Shown here: positions 32,343-42,549 of the stretch, in pieces | How the letters are laid out: each line of letters begins with the position of its first letter | Position numbering within the stretch: the first letter of the stretch is position 1 | NCBI GenBank assembly: GCA_029054825.1 | Contig: JAIDEM010000116.1 | Location: forward strand, 1-61,536 | DNA: 61,536 nt | Source: Prevotella sp. | Lineage (GTDB): Bacteria > Bacteroidota > Bacteroidia > Bacteroidales > Bacteroidaceae | Direction of reading: 5' to 3' | Made by a program: the position numbers and the translations under genes | Notes under the pieces: model-generated | What the model was told of the DNA's origin: nothing | Database searches by the model: none | What the model saw: only the letters and a program-made list of their open reading frames with translations

Positions 32343-33087
32343 CCTCACAATAGGCCATGACAGGAACATTGTAGCGTCTGCCCTCAGCGCACAACTGAAG
32401 GCAGGGAAGCTGACATGCCTCGCAGGAAGGAACGGTGTGGGCAAGTCCACTCTCCTGTGTACCCTTGCCGGATTCCTGCCTCCTATGCACGGGACTGTAG
32501 AATATGCAGGAAACGACAGCAATATCGTCATCTCTCCCGACCGCAAGGCACGTCATGATGCCGCCCTGCTGGCAAGGACTGTCAGCGTGGTGCTCACCGG
32601 ACGTCCCGATGTCACGCAGATGACAGTCCGCGAAATCGTCAGCCTCGGACGCTCTCCCTATACCGACATGTGGGGGTCTCTGCACGACAGCGACAGGACA
32701 GTTGTGGAGAAATGCATGGAACGTGTGGGAGTGACTCATCTGGCAGAGCGTGATATAGAGACTCTCTCTGACGGTGAATGTCAGAAGGTGATGATAGCGA
32801 AGGCTCTTGCACAGGAGACACCTGTCATACTCCTTGACGAACCGACGGCTTTCCTTGACTATCCGTCAAAGGCGGAGACCATGCGCCTCATGAAATCCAT
32901 CGCCTCCGGAGACTCTGACGGCAAGGGACTGGCACAGGGAGTGTTGCTCTCTACACATGATATGGAGATGGCTCTGAGGCTCGCCGACGAGATCTGGCTC
33001 ATGACACAGGACCGCCGGTTGCTCTGCGGCACACCCTCCGAACTTGAGAAAAGCCTCATCAAGGAGCAACTCAAGATAAGTTTCTGA
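32320..33087 (+). CDS. ABC transporter ATP-binding protein (FepC/BtuD-like)
   Basis: GRNGVGKST, LSDGECQK, LLDEPTAFLD, STHD. Confidence 0.9.
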   Translation: MNILTISDLTIGHDRNIVASALSAQLKAGKLTCLAGRNGVGKSTLLCTLAGFLPPMHGTVEYAGNDSNIVISPDRKARHDAALLARTVSVVLTGRPDVTQMTVREIVSLGRSPYTDMWGSLHDSDRTVVEKCMERVGVTHLAERDIETLSDGECQKVMIAKALAQETPVILLDEPTAFLDYPSKAETMRLMKSIASGDSDGKGLAQGVLLSTHDMEMALRLADEIWLMTQDRRLLCGTPSELEKSLIKEQLKISF

Positions 33088-33240
33088 AAAAGATGGCAGA
33101 AAAAAACATCCCAGAGCCCATAATCCAAAACCGACTTCCTACTACCTGACGCCAAATAGCCAGCCCCTATGCCGACTATAACGGGTATTCCGGCTATACT
33201 ACCAAACTACTGAACAACAAAAACACCAACCAACTGACCA

Positions 33241-34680
33241 ATGAAACGACTGGCAACATCAATCTTCTGCACAGCTTTCCTCACACTGTCTGTCACAGCA
33301 GGCAACGGCATATGGAAGAGTGCAGCTCTCGACACGGATATCAAGTACAAGACGACAGAGGCGAAAAGTCCTGCCAAGGACAAGAGTGGAAAGCTCATGA
33401 CTGTAGTGTATCTCGAGAACCTCTCATGCCCGAAGATAGGACAGAACTCCATTCAGGAGGATGTAGACTGGCTTCTCGGACAGGGATACCAGGTCATCGA
33501 GCTCGATTATGCCCACGACAGGAATGCCGTGTCTCCAAACATCAACAAAGACATCATAGCCATCAACGCCGCCATGCGCAACGGCTCGTTCTGCGGAAGC
33601 ACGGACATCTCCCAGGACCGCGCATACATCCTCTTTGAAGGCTACCGCATACTGCGCGATGTAAGCTATTACCTTGACGACAAGGAGGTGTACAATATGG
33701 CTGCGGCAAACGACTCCATGTACATGGATATCGTATATCCTGCCAACCCGAAGACACCTGTACCTGTCGTCCTCTCCTTCTCCTACAGCAACAGCTGGTA
33801 CGGCAACACCAGCAAACGCATGTTCATGCCTTATCATTGGGCGGCATTCAACGACTCGTTTGTAGAGGGAGCGCCGGCTGTAGGGTGTGCATGGGCGATA
33901 GCCGACCACCCGAAATACTGCGACTGGGGTAACGGTAAATACCAAGGAGGGGCAAACAAGTCGCTCGGAACGATAGAGGTCGCTGCCGACGCCGCACGCA
34001 AAGTGCGCTCTGCAGTACGTACCGTCCGTGGTGTAGGCAAGACCATCGGGCTCGGCACTAATGTCGCCATATACGGCTTCTCAAGAGGCTCTACGGCTGG
34101 CTCGCTTGCCATCGGCGACAAGCCGTTTGACGAATGGACAGTGACAGACAGGGGACGGTTTCCTGAAGAGAGCAGCCATGTGCAGGCGGCATTCCTCGGT
34201 CCTGGCGTCTTCGACTACAGCCTGATGAAGAAAGACTCACGGGAATACACCAACATGACAGCCTATTGCAACTCCACAGCAGACCCTAAGGCAACATGGG
34301 CACAGCAGGGCGGAGCGCTCGCCGTAAGCAGCAACAGGACAGCACCGACATTTCTCTTCTACAACAGTGACGATGATGCCAACTACGGCATACAGACCAC
34401 CAATCTCATCAGCATCTTCAGCAGCAATGGTGTCACCTATGAACTCCTGAAAGACTATGGCAAGGGACATTCCGTGCCACAATCAGCTGAGCATCTCAGC
34501 ATGATGTACACCTTCCTCACACGCCATATATCCTGCCCTACAGGCATTGCCGATATCATGAGCATGGCAGGAAAAGACACGAAGGGTGTATACAGCCTCA
34601 ACGGGACATATCTCTCCAATACGACAGATTCTCTCCCTCACGGCATATATATCGCACAAGGAAGGAAGATAGTCAAGTGA
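33241..34680 (+). CDS. Secreted alpha/beta hydrolase (esterase-like) with T9SS C-terminal sorting domain
   Basis: Signal peptide, GFSRG nucleophile elbow, GHSV, C-terminal PTGI...VYSLNG...GIYIAQGRKIVK. Confidence 0.75.
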   Translation: MKRLATSIFCTAFLTLSVTAGNGIWKSAALDTDIKYKTTEAKSPAKDKSGKLMTVVYLENLSCPKIGQNSIQEDVDWLLGQGYQVIELDYAHDRNAVSPNINKDIIAINAAMRNGSFCGSTDISQDRAYILFEGYRILRDVSYYLDDKEVYNMAAANDSMYMDIVYPANPKTPVPVVLSFSYSNSWYGNTSKRMFMPYHWAAFNDSFVEGAPAVGCAWAIADHPKYCDWGNGKYQGGANKSLGTIEVAADAARKVRSAVRTVRGVGKTIGLGTNVAIYGFSRGSTAGSLAIGDKPFDEWTVTDRGRFPEESSHVQAAFLGPGVFDYSLMKKDSREYTNMTAYCNSTADPKATWAQQGGALAVSSNRTAPTFLFYNSDDDANYGIQTTNLISIFSSNGVTYELLKDYGKGHSVPQSAEHLSMMYTFLTRHISCPTGIADIMSMAGKDTKGVYSLNGTYLSNTTDSLPHGIYIAQGRKIVK

Positions 34681-34743
34681 GTCGGTAAGGCAATCGGATA
34701 ACTTGACAACTTTTGGTCTATTAGACCACAATATATAATAATG

Positions 34744-34786
34744 CATATCGGGCTGAGCTCCATTATAAGGAACTCAGCCCGATGTG
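34744..34786. terminator. Hairpin between convergent genes
   Basis: catatcgggctgag...ctcagcccgatgtg. Confidence 0.6.
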
Positions 34787-34862
34787 TGTTTACATTATAA
34801 GTACTTTGGATATTTTACACAGGTACTTATTCTATAGGGAAGAAAACTTTTTCAATGTTGTC

Positions 34863-35201
34863 TTATAAAAAAAGATGGATAGAGTAATGCTTTATTACTG
34901 CTATAATCAATCCTAAGACAACAGCATTAACAAGTATGACAGGAACGGCTTTCTTTTCAGATTTAGCAATCATAACTACCATTGGCAGAGCCATCATAAA
35001 TGATATGAGCGGACCAGCTACGAAGTCGCTTACAGTCAGTTGGGGAAGTGTGGTGTTAAAGATGATGAATGTTACCACTACATATTGCAGGAAAGCAGAC
35101 CAACAGTTTGCTTTATCCATTTTCTTCAAAAACATGGGGAGGGCGTCAATAGCTCCGATTACCATTCCGATAAGGATTGTAAATAATAATTCCATTGTCA
35201 T
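34863..35201 (-). CDS. Small hypothetical membrane protein (~4 TM), AT-rich
   Basis: 112 aa, four hydrophobic segments, visibly more AT-rich than neighbours. Confidence 0.7.
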   Translation of the reverse strand: MTMELLFTILIGMVIGAIDALPMFLKKMDKANCWSAFLQYVVVTFIIFNTTLPQLTVSDFVAGPLISFMMALPMVVMIAKSEKKAVPVILVNAVVLGLIIAVIKHYSIHLFL

Positions 35202-35265
35202 TTAAGTTTATGATACAACAACACTACGTTAATTAATATAAGTAGATATGTGTCGTCGCGATATT

Positions 35266-36762
35266 TTACATCAGTCCTATCCAGCGGAGGATATCATTGA
35301 AATTGGCGACAAGCATGAGGAGGAGCAGGAATCCCATGCCTATATTCTGCGCTATCTGCTGGAAACGGAGACTTGGGGTCTTTCCCGTCACCACCTCCAT
35401 GAGGAGTATGAGAATATGCCCGCCATCAAGTCCAGGGATAGGGATGATGTTCATGAAGGCAAGGATTATGGACAGGAACGCCGTCATACGCCAGAACATG
35501 TTCCAGTCCCATACAGGAGGGAACATGGAACCTATCGCCCCGAATCCTCCAAGACTCTTCGCGCCATCGGCAGAGAAGAGGTATTTCAGGTCGCCGACAT
35601 ATCCTCCGAGGACATCAAGACCGTAGCCTATGCCTGCCGGGACACTCTCAAGGATGCTGTACGACTTATGTGTCGGCTCGTAATATGAGTATATGTTGCT
35701 CTCTATGACACCGAGCTTGAGCTCAGGAGTCATCACTACCGTCACAGTATCCGCTACAGCGGAAGCCAACGGCTGATGCACGGAGGCGGCAGGACTGAGC
35801 GTAGAGGAGGCGTTGCGTGCCACGACAAGTTTTACAGTACGTATGGCAAGGCTGTCCTTTGCGGTATTCGCCGCCATCATCCTGTCATCAAGCACACCCA
35901 CCTGATAGTGGTATTCGTTCCAGGAGTCTATCTGCTTGCCGTTTACGGCCAGTATCTTGTCGCCTTTCCTTAACCCTATCTTTGCCGCAGGAGTGCCTGC
36001 CATGACGCTGTCTATGTCGCACGGCACAAGAGGGCGCACGAATACAGGGTCGGACTTCAGCATACTGAGGAGATCAAGCTCGCCGGGGAGAGCGACAGAC
36101 GTCTCCTTTCCGTCACGCATGACATACGCCTGCTGTGCCGTAGCGAGGTCGCGGAACATGTCTGTAGAGAACTCGCGGAACTCGCCCTTGTCTGTTCCGA
36201 GGAGGATATCGCCGTCCTTGAAACCAAGAGCCTTTGCCGAAGAATTGAACTTCATGCCGCCTTTCATGTCCTTCAGGGCTATATAGTCCTCGCCCCAGGT
36301 GTAGAATACGGCAGAATATATTATCAGTGCGAGGAAGAAATTGACCATCACGCCGCCTGCCATGATAAGCAGACGCTGATACGCCTTCTTGCTTCGGAAC
36401 TCCCAAGGCTGTACAGGCTTTTTGGCAAGGTCCTCGGCAGACTGTGTCTCATCTACCATACCGTCTATCTGACAGTAGCCTCCGATAGGGAGCCAGCCGA
36501 GGCCATACTCAGTGCCTGCCTCTTCATTATATTTCTTGTTGCCGTCCTCGCCACGCTCGGTGATAAGCGGTTTGCCTATGAGCTTGCGCCACCAGTTGTC
36601 GTAGGAGCTCCATATATGGAACTTGAAGTTGGCGAAGATATAGAAGCGTGACACACGTGTCTTGAAGAGTTTGGCGAAGAAGAAGTGTCCTCCCTCATGG
36701 AGCGCAACGAGAATCGTTATCGAGAGAAGAAACTGTAATGTCTTTATCAGGAATGTTTCCAT
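35266..36762 (-). CDS. rseP: RIP metalloprotease RseP
   Basis: HEGGH zinc motif, PIGGY, PDZ region, NIIPIPGLDGGH; follows dxr. Confidence 0.95.
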   Translation of the reverse strand: METFLIKTLQFLLSITILVALHEGGHFFFAKLFKTRVSRFYIFANFKFHIWSSYDNWWRKLIGKPLITERGEDGNKKYNEEAGTEYGLGWLPIGGYCQIDGMVDETQSAEDLAKKPVQPWEFRSKKAYQRLLIMAGGVMVNFFLALIIYSAVFYTWGEDYIALKDMKGGMKFNSSAKALGFKDGDILLGTDKGEFREFSTDMFRDLATAQQAYVMRDGKETSVALPGELDLLSMLKSDPVFVRPLVPCDIDSVMAGTPAAKIGLRKGDKILAVNGKQIDSWNEYHYQVGVLDDRMMAANTAKDSLAIRTVKLVVARNASSTLSPAASVHQPLASAVADTVTVVMTPELKLGVIESNIYSYYEPTHKSYSILESVPAGIGYGLDVLGGYVGDLKYLFSADGAKSLGGFGAIGSMFPPVWDWNMFWRMTAFLSIILAFMNIIPIPGLDGGHILILLMEVVTGKTPSLRFQQIAQNIGMGFLLLLMLVANFNDILRWIGLM

Positions 36763-36764
36763 TG

Positions 36765-36870
36765 GATGCGGTTATATGTTTTTGCGGTTATGCGGTTATA
36801 CGGATATTACACGGTTTTACGGTGATTGGTATTGGGTTGACAGTCTGAATAGCCGAAATGGCCGAAATAG
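36765..36870. repeat. 8-bp and 9-bp periodic intergenic repeat upstream of rseP
   Basis: gcggttatgcggttatacggatattacacggttttacgg; aatagccgaaatggccgaaatagg. Confidence 0.75.
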
Positions 36871-36964
36871 GAACCGACAGCCACTGCCCCACAACCCTCT
36901 TTTTCCGTTTTTGTACCGTTACTGTTCTTTTTTTCACCTTACTGTTAAGGTCAAGGTCCTTGTT

Positions 36965-38113
36965 TCACAGCAGTGATGCTGCTATGCGGCGTGCCTCAGC
37001 GTCGGACATCAGGTAGTCGTCGAGTGACGGACTCTTGACGAATGTCGCACGCTGCATCGTCTCGGCGATGATGTCCCCCATCTGCAGGAATCCGCACTTG
37101 TCCTTTCGGAAAGCCTCGTTTACGACTTCGTTGGCAGCGTTCACGATGCACGACATGTTGCCTCCCATGCGCAGAGACTCGTAAGCCATGGCGAGACAAC
37201 GGAACTTCTCCATGTCCGGTTCGAAGAATTCCAGCGGTTGCTTGAACAAATCAAGTCTCTCTCCAGAAAGATGAAGGCGCTGAGGGAAAGAGAATGCGTA
37301 CTGTATCGGCAGGCGCATATCAGGCACACCGAGCTGAGCCTTGACGCTACCGTCAGCATATTGCACGGCAGAGTGTACTATTGACTGCGGATGCACAAGC
37401 ACCTGGATTCTGTCAGCGTCCACGCCGAAGAGCCATCTTGCCTCTATAACCTCGAAGCCCTTGTTCATCATGGAAGCCGAATCGATGGTGATTTTCGCTC
37501 CCATGTCCCATGTCGGATGCTTCAGTGCGTCGGCGGCAGTGACGGTTCTCATCTCTTCAAGAGTATGGTTTCTGAACGGTCCGCCCGATGCCGTGAGGAG
37601 AATCTTCTCAACCTCCGAGTCGGCATCGCCCACAAGACTCTGGAATATCGCCGAGTGTTCAGAGTCTACAGGGAGTATCGGGCTATGGTATTCCTGTGCC
37701 AGCCTCATGATAAGTTCGCCTGCAACGACAAGAGTCTCCTTGTTGGCAAGACATATCTTCTTATGCGCCTTTATCGCGCGGATTGTCGGTTTAAGGCCGG
37801 CGAAGCCCACCATGGCAGTGAGCACCATGTCTATCGGTTCCGCCTCGACAATCTCCTCCAGAGCCTCCGCACCGGCATACACCTTGATGTCCGGACAGTC
37901 GCTGAGCAGAGAGCAAAGCTTTCCGTGAAGGTTCTCATCGGCAATGACCACCGCGGCAGGCTTGAACTTGCGTGCCTGCTCGGCAAGCATCTCCACATGC
38001 CTGTATGCCGTGAGGCAGTATACCTCATAGAGGTTGCTATGCTCTTCTATGACTTCCAGCGCCTGTGTGCCGATAGAGCCAGTAGAGCCGAGTATGCATA
38101 TTTGCTTTTTCAT
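36965..38113 (-). CDS. dxr: 1-deoxy-D-xylulose 5-phosphate reductoisomerase
   Basis: LGSTGSIG, LANKE, PVDSEHSAIFQ, HPTWDMGAKITIDSA. Confidence 0.97.
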   Translation of the reverse strand: MKKQICILGSTGSIGTQALEVIEEHSNLYEVYCLTAYRHVEMLAEQARKFKPAAVVIADENLHGKLCSLLSDCPDIKVYAGAEALEEIVEAEPIDMVLTAMVGFAGLKPTIRAIKAHKKICLANKETLVVAGELIMRLAQEYHSPILPVDSEHSAIFQSLVGDADSEVEKILLTASGGPFRNHTLEEMRTVTAADALKHPTWDMGAKITIDSASMMNKGFEVIEARWLFGVDADRIQVLVHPQSIVHSAVQYADGSVKAQLGVPDMRLPIQYAFSFPQRLHLSGERLDLFKQPLEFFEPDMEKFRCLAMAYESLRMGGNMSCIVNAANEVVNEAFRKDKCGFLQMGDIIAETMQRATFVKSPSLDDYLMSDAEARRIAASLL

Positions 38114-38232
38114 TATACGGTTTTACGATTATGCGGTTTTACGGTTATGCGGATATTGCACGGTTGTGCGGTTTTACTGATATTATAAGGTTTTGCGGTG
38201 ATAGCCGGAATAGCCGTGATAGCTGGAATAGA
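38114..38232. repeat. 8-bp and 9-bp periodic intergenic repeat filling the rimM-dxr spacer
   Basis: cggttttacgattatgcggttttacggttatgcggatattgcacgg; gatagccggaatagccgtgatagctggaatag. Confidence 0.75.
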
Positions 38233-38235
38233 ATA

Positions 38236-38751
38236 TTATTCGTCCATATCAAGAAGCCCTTCCGGGACAGCCACGGTCACCGTGCGGTTCTCCGTGTCTA
38301 CATCCACTATCAGCTCTTCGGGAGCAGGAATGAGGCTGCCGTTATCCATTTCAAACAGGATATTCTCCGTAGCATCGTCCACAAACTCTATTGTCCCTAC
38401 CCTTCTGCCGGTATTCGCGTCCACAAGTGAGTATCCCACGAGCTCCGCGTAGGTAAGGTCGTGCTCCACCTCATCGGCGAGCGAGCGTGGGAAAAACACC
38501 TCACAGCCCGTCAGTTTGCGGACTTTCTCCGAAGAGTCCATGTCACAGAATGTCACAAGAGCTATCTCATCGCTCTTGAAACGGTATTCCTCCATGAAGA
38601 AAGGCACGAGTATCCCGTCAACACGCAGCACGAGATAGTCTGCCCCCACGCGGTCAAACACATCGTCGTCCACCTGCACCTGCACCTCGCCCTTCACTCC
38701 GTGAGGCTTGCCCACACGGCCTATTCTGTAAACGTCAGAGTCCTTTATCAT
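38236..38751 (-). CDS. rimM: Ribosome maturation factor RimM
   Basis: IGRVGKPHGVKGEV, LIP, PEGLLD. Confidence 0.93.
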   Translation of the reverse strand: MIKDSDVYRIGRVGKPHGVKGEVQVQVDDDVFDRVGADYLVLRVDGILVPFFMEEYRFKSDEIALVTFCDMDSSEKVRKLTGCEVFFPRSLADEVEHDLTYAELVGYSLVDANTGRRVGTIEFVDDATENILFEMDNGSLIPAPEELIVDVDTENRTVTVAVPEGLLDMDE

Positions 38752-38812
38752 CTGTCTTCCTGTATTTGTACCTTTCCTCTGGCAATGTCCTCATCGCCCT
38801 GGCGCGGCAATG

Positions 38813-40117
38813 TCACTGGCGCGTAATCCTTGCACCGAGAGCATTGAGACGCTGCTCGATGTTCTCATATCCACGGTCTATCTGTGCGATATTGGCAATT
38901 CTCGAAGTGCCGTCTGCCGTCAAGGCGGCGATAAGCAGTGCTATTCCGGCACGGATGTCCGGACTTGTCATCCTTCCCGGTCTCAGTTTCTTCGTGTGGT
39001 TAAGTCCCACGACCACCGCACGGTGAGGGTCACAGAGGATGATGTTCGCTCCCATATCTATGAGTTTGTCGACAAAGAACAGTCGCGATTCGAACATCTT
39101 CTGATGCACCAGTACCGAACCGTTTGCCTGTGTCGCCACGACGAGCAGCACACTGAGCAGGTCGGGCGTCAGTCCGGGCCACGGGGCGTCAGACAAGGTC
39201 ATGATGGTGCCGTCCATGAACGAGTCCACCGTGAATGTCTCATGCCTCGGAATGAAGAGGTCATCGCCCTCCTCCCTGACATCTACGCCGAGACGGCGGA
39301 ATGCCTCGGGTATTATCCCGAGATTCTCTATTGACACATCCTTTATCCTTATGCCGTCGCCAATCATCGCCGCCATGCCTATGAACGAGCCTACCTCTAT
39401 CATGTCGGGCAATACACGGTGCTCACAGCCATGGAGACTCTCCACGCCCTTGATGTGCAGGAGATTGCTTCCTATGCCAGAAATGTCAGCCCCCATATTG
39501 TTGAGCATACGGCAGAGCTGCTGTATGTACGGTTCGCAGGCGGCGTTGTATATGGTAGTCTCACCCTCAGCCATGACAGAAGCCATGATGATATTTGCCG
39601 TTCCCGTCACGGAAGCCTCGTCAAGGAGCATGTGACAGCCCTTGAGACGCTCTCCGCGGAGCTCGTAGACATCCCTGCCCTCCACATGACTGAACTCCGC
39701 GCCGAGCTTGTTGAAGCCAAGGAAGTGTGTATCGAGGCGACGGCGTCCTATCTTGTCGCCGCCCGGCTTTGCCACGGTAGCCTTGCCGCAACGTCCGAGC
39801 AGAGGCCCGATCATGAGCACCGAGCCACGCAGGGAGGAGCATTTCCTTACGAAATCGTCGCTCCCGAGATAGTCGAGGTTAAGGCTGTCGGCCTGGAATG
39901 TGTATCCGTTGCGCGAGTGCTTGGTGACCCTCACGCCGATATCCGTGAGCAGTCTTATGAGATTGTTCACGTCAAGGATGTCAGGGATATTGTCTATGCG
40001 CACCGGCTCTGCCGTGAGAAGCGAGGCGCAGACGACCTGCAGGGTCTCGTTCTTCGCGCCCTGAGGCACGATGGTTCCTTTCAGCGGATGTCCGCCCTCT
40101 ATTACGAAAGTATCCAT
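38813..40117 (-). CDS. murA: UDP-N-acetylglucosamine 1-carboxyvinyltransferase
   Basis: GAKN, PGGDKIGRR, SVTGTANI, DIRAG, IDRGYE. Confidence 0.96.
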   Translation of the reverse strand: MDTFVIEGGHPLKGTIVPQGAKNETLQVVCASLLTAEPVRIDNIPDILDVNNLIRLLTDIGVRVTKHSRNGYTFQADSLNLDYLGSDDFVRKCSSLRGSVLMIGPLLGRCGKATVAKPGGDKIGRRRLDTHFLGFNKLGAEFSHVEGRDVYELRGERLKGCHMLLDEASVTGTANIIMASVMAEGETTIYNAACEPYIQQLCRMLNNMGADISGIGSNLLHIKGVESLHGCEHRVLPDMIEVGSFIGMAAMIGDGIRIKDVSIENLGIIPEAFRRLGVDVREEGDDLFIPRHETFTVDSFMDGTIMTLSDAPWPGLTPDLLSVLLVVATQANGSVLVHQKMFESRLFFVDKLIDMGANIILCDPHRAVVVGLNHTKKLRPGRMTSPDIRAGIALLIAALTADGTSRIANIAQIDRGYENIEQRLNALGARITRQ

Positions 40118-40165
40118 ATTTGTGGTAGGTTCTGTCTGTTAAGTATGTGGAGATGTTGCAGCCTG

Positions 40166-40780
40166 CTACTGCTTGCCCCTCTTCTTTTTCGGTTTGCCCT
40201 TCTTTGAGGCATTGCTCTCTATGGCGAAATAGTCCAGCTTCACTTTCTCCGGGTCAAGCTGTATCGCGCCGTCGGTAAAGTGTGCTATGTCGGAGAGTAT
40301 GCGTTCGTTGTCAGGGATGGCGCTTCCGTGCTGTATGACGTCACGCTTCATCTGGTTGGCGATGACGCGGCACGCTTCGTCGCGCTTCGCTCCCGGCGGC
40401 ATACCCTTGATATGCTCCAGGGCCTGGAACACGAGACTGCCGTAGTGTCTTACCGGTATGCGTCTTTTAGGGTAAGGCATAGGCTCCGGGTGACAGGAGA
40501 TTTTCCTTGCGGCAGATATGTCGTAAGGATAGTCTATGTCAAGGCTGAAGTCGCACATTATGGCGAGATGGTCCCAGAGTTTCTGCTTGTAGTCGGGTGT
40601 CTGGCGTATCTCGGGGTGCATGAGTTCCATCGTCTTCACGATATTCTCCGCACACCGCTGGCGGTCGCTGCGCTGTTCCATGGCCATGCACTGACGTATC
40701 ATCGTATGCACGCAGCGTCCGTATTCCGGCATCCTCATGCGTTCACGCTGTGTATTGTAATCCAATCCTTCAAGGTTCAT
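40166..40780 (-). CDS. DUF4290 domain protein
   Basis: LDYNTQRE..MPEYGR, KLWDHLAIM; usual position upstream of murA. Confidence 0.85.
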   Translation of the reverse strand: MNLEGLDYNTQRERMRMPEYGRCVHTMIRQCMAMEQRSDRQRCAENIVKTMELMHPEIRQTPDYKQKLWDHLAIMCDFSLDIDYPYDISAARKISCHPEPMPYPKRRIPVRHYGSLVFQALEHIKGMPPGAKRDEACRVIANQMKRDVIQHGSAIPDNERILSDIAHFTDGAIQLDPEKVKLDYFAIESNASKKGKPKKKRGKQ

Positions 40781-41469
40781 AGGAGTCGTTTTGGTTTTAA
40801 TGCAACAAAGTCCTTCAGATAGAAAGGCACGAAATATGCCACATCCTCCGTCTCGCCCTGTATCATACGCCGCTCGGCGAGAGGGAACATGTTCTTCGCC
40901 AGCGGCTCTATGCCTTCCAGGAGATGCGCGTTAGGATGGTTTATGGTCTCCATGCACTTCGCCGCGCCGTTGCCGAAGAAATATACGGGATGGCTGTCAA
41001 GATGCTCGCGGTAGGTCTCCGCGTCGACCACATCGGCCTGCACAGGGCGTACAGGGCGCAGGGCGCGGTCGTAAATCCCGGCATACACCTCCATGCGGCG
41101 CGCGTCGAGCATAGGGCAGAGGAGCGCATCCTCAGGGAGGTCGTCATGTTTCAGCAGCACCGGCACGCAGAGGAGCTCGAGTGTCGGCACGGCTATGAGC
41201 GGTATGTCAAGCCCGTAGCATACGCCTTTGGCCATGGATACGCCGATACGCAGACCGGTATACGAGCCGGGGCCCATCGACACGGCTACGGCATCGACGG
41301 GAATGGCATGGCTGTCGGCAAAGCCGAGCGCGCTGTCAACGAATGTTCCGAGTCTCTCGTTGTGGCTGGGACCCGTGCGGTCCTCCTCGGAGTATATGCA
41401 CTGGCCGTTCTCGCTTATCGCCACGGAGCACACATCGGTGCTTGTTTCTATACTTAGTATACAGGACAT
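40777..41469 (-). CDS. tsaB: tRNA threonylcarbamoyladenosine biosynthesis protein TsaB
   Basis: ILSIETST, GPGSYTGLRIG, DARRMEVY. Confidence 0.95.
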   Translation of the reverse strand: MSCILSIETSTDVCSVAISENGQCIYSEEDRTGPSHNERLGTFVDSALGFADSHAIPVDAVAVSMGPGSYTGLRIGVSMAKGVCYGLDIPLIAVPTLELLCVPVLLKHDDLPEDALLCPMLDARRMEVYAGIYDRALRPVRPVQADVVDAETYREHLDSHPVYFFGNGAAKCMETINHPNAHLLEGIEPLAKNMFPLAERRMIQGETEDVAYFVPFYLKDFVALKPKRLL

Positions 41470-41562
41470 TTTTTCGCAAAATACTTAAATATTCTGCAAA
41501 TTTACTACTTTTTTCGCAAATAATTTGTACTTTTGCATAAATTTAACGTACAACAGAAGAAA

Positions 41563-42435
41563 ATGATACAATCCATGACAGGTTTCGGAAAGGCAACCGT
41601 AACCTTTGAGAACAAGAAAATCAACGTCGAGGTCAAGTCGCTCAATTCCAAGAACCTTGACCTTTCGACACGCATCGCCCCACTCTATCGTGAGAAAGAG
41701 ATGGAAATCCGCCAGATGATATCCGAGAGGCTGTCACGCGGAAAGGTGGATTTCTGCATCTGGATAGACAAAGACGAGACCGTGGCGGCCACTCCCGTGA
41801 ATGCCGAGATGGTGGACTTCTACTACCAGCAGCTCAACAAGATAGCCTACGAGAAGGACATCTCGCTCAGCATGGACTGGTCTACTATCCTGCGGCTCCC
41901 CGATGTCCTCAGCCGCAACGAGGTGGAGACTCTCGGCGAGGAGGAGTGGGCATGTGTGCGCAAGGCCATAGAGAGCGCACTGGCACAGCTTGTTGACTTC
42001 CGTGTGCAGGAGGGTGCCGCACTCCAGAAGAAGTTCCTCGAGAAGATAGACAACATAGCACGCCTGCAGAAGGAGCTCGAGCCATACGAGCAGAGCCGTG
42101 TGGAGAAGATACGGCAGCGCATCACCGACAACCTGAAGCTCATACCCGACGTGGAGTATGACAAGAACCGTCTCGAGCAGGAACTTATCTACTACATCGA
42201 GAAGCTCGACATCTCCGAGGAGAAGCAGCGTCTGACAAACCACCTGCAGTACTTCCGCGACACGATGCTCCTCGACGAGCCTATAGGCAAGAAGCTCGGA
42301 TTCATCGCGCAGGAGATGGGACGCGAGATAAACACCACCGGCTCCAAGAGCAACCAGGCGGAAATGCAGAACATCGTGGTAAAGATGAAAGACGAACTGG
42401 AACAGATAAAGGAGCAGGTGCTCAACGCACTGTAA
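41563..42435 (+). CDS. yicC: YicC/YloC family endoribonuclease
   Basis: MIQSMTGFG, KLDISEE, GKKLGFIAQEMGREINTTGSK; upstream of gmk. Confidence 0.93.
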   Translation: MIQSMTGFGKATVTFENKKINVEVKSLNSKNLDLSTRIAPLYREKEMEIRQMISERLSRGKVDFCIWIDKDETVAATPVNAEMVDFYYQQLNKIAYEKDISLSMDWSTILRLPDVLSRNEVETLGEEEWACVRKAIESALAQLVDFRVQEGAALQKKFLEKIDNIARLQKELEPYEQSRVEKIRQRITDNLKLIPDVEYDKNRLEQELIYYIEKLDISEEKQRLTNHLQYFRDTMLLDEPIGKKLGFIAQEMGREINTTGSKSNQAEMQNIVVKMKDELEQIKEQVLNAL

Positions 42436-42457
42436 ACACTCAAGACCACAACCCACA

Positions 42458-42533
42458 AAGTCCCGATTAAGCGAGAGCAGAGCCAAACTTGCTTGAGCTA
42501 TGCCAAGTGAAAGGGACTTCGAGCGAAGCTCAA
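42458..42533. other. Structured intergenic element between yicC and gmk
   Basis: Outer stem aagtccc/gggactt enclosing gcagagccaa..ttgagctatgc, then a gagc-gaa-gctc hairpin. Confidence 0.45.
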
Positions 42534-42549
42534 CCAAAACCCAACACCC

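Noticed and set aside
38813-40117. MurA has Asp instead of Cys in the active-site loop (PGGDKIG)
   Set aside because: Known variant associated with intrinsic fosfomycin resistance; not novel
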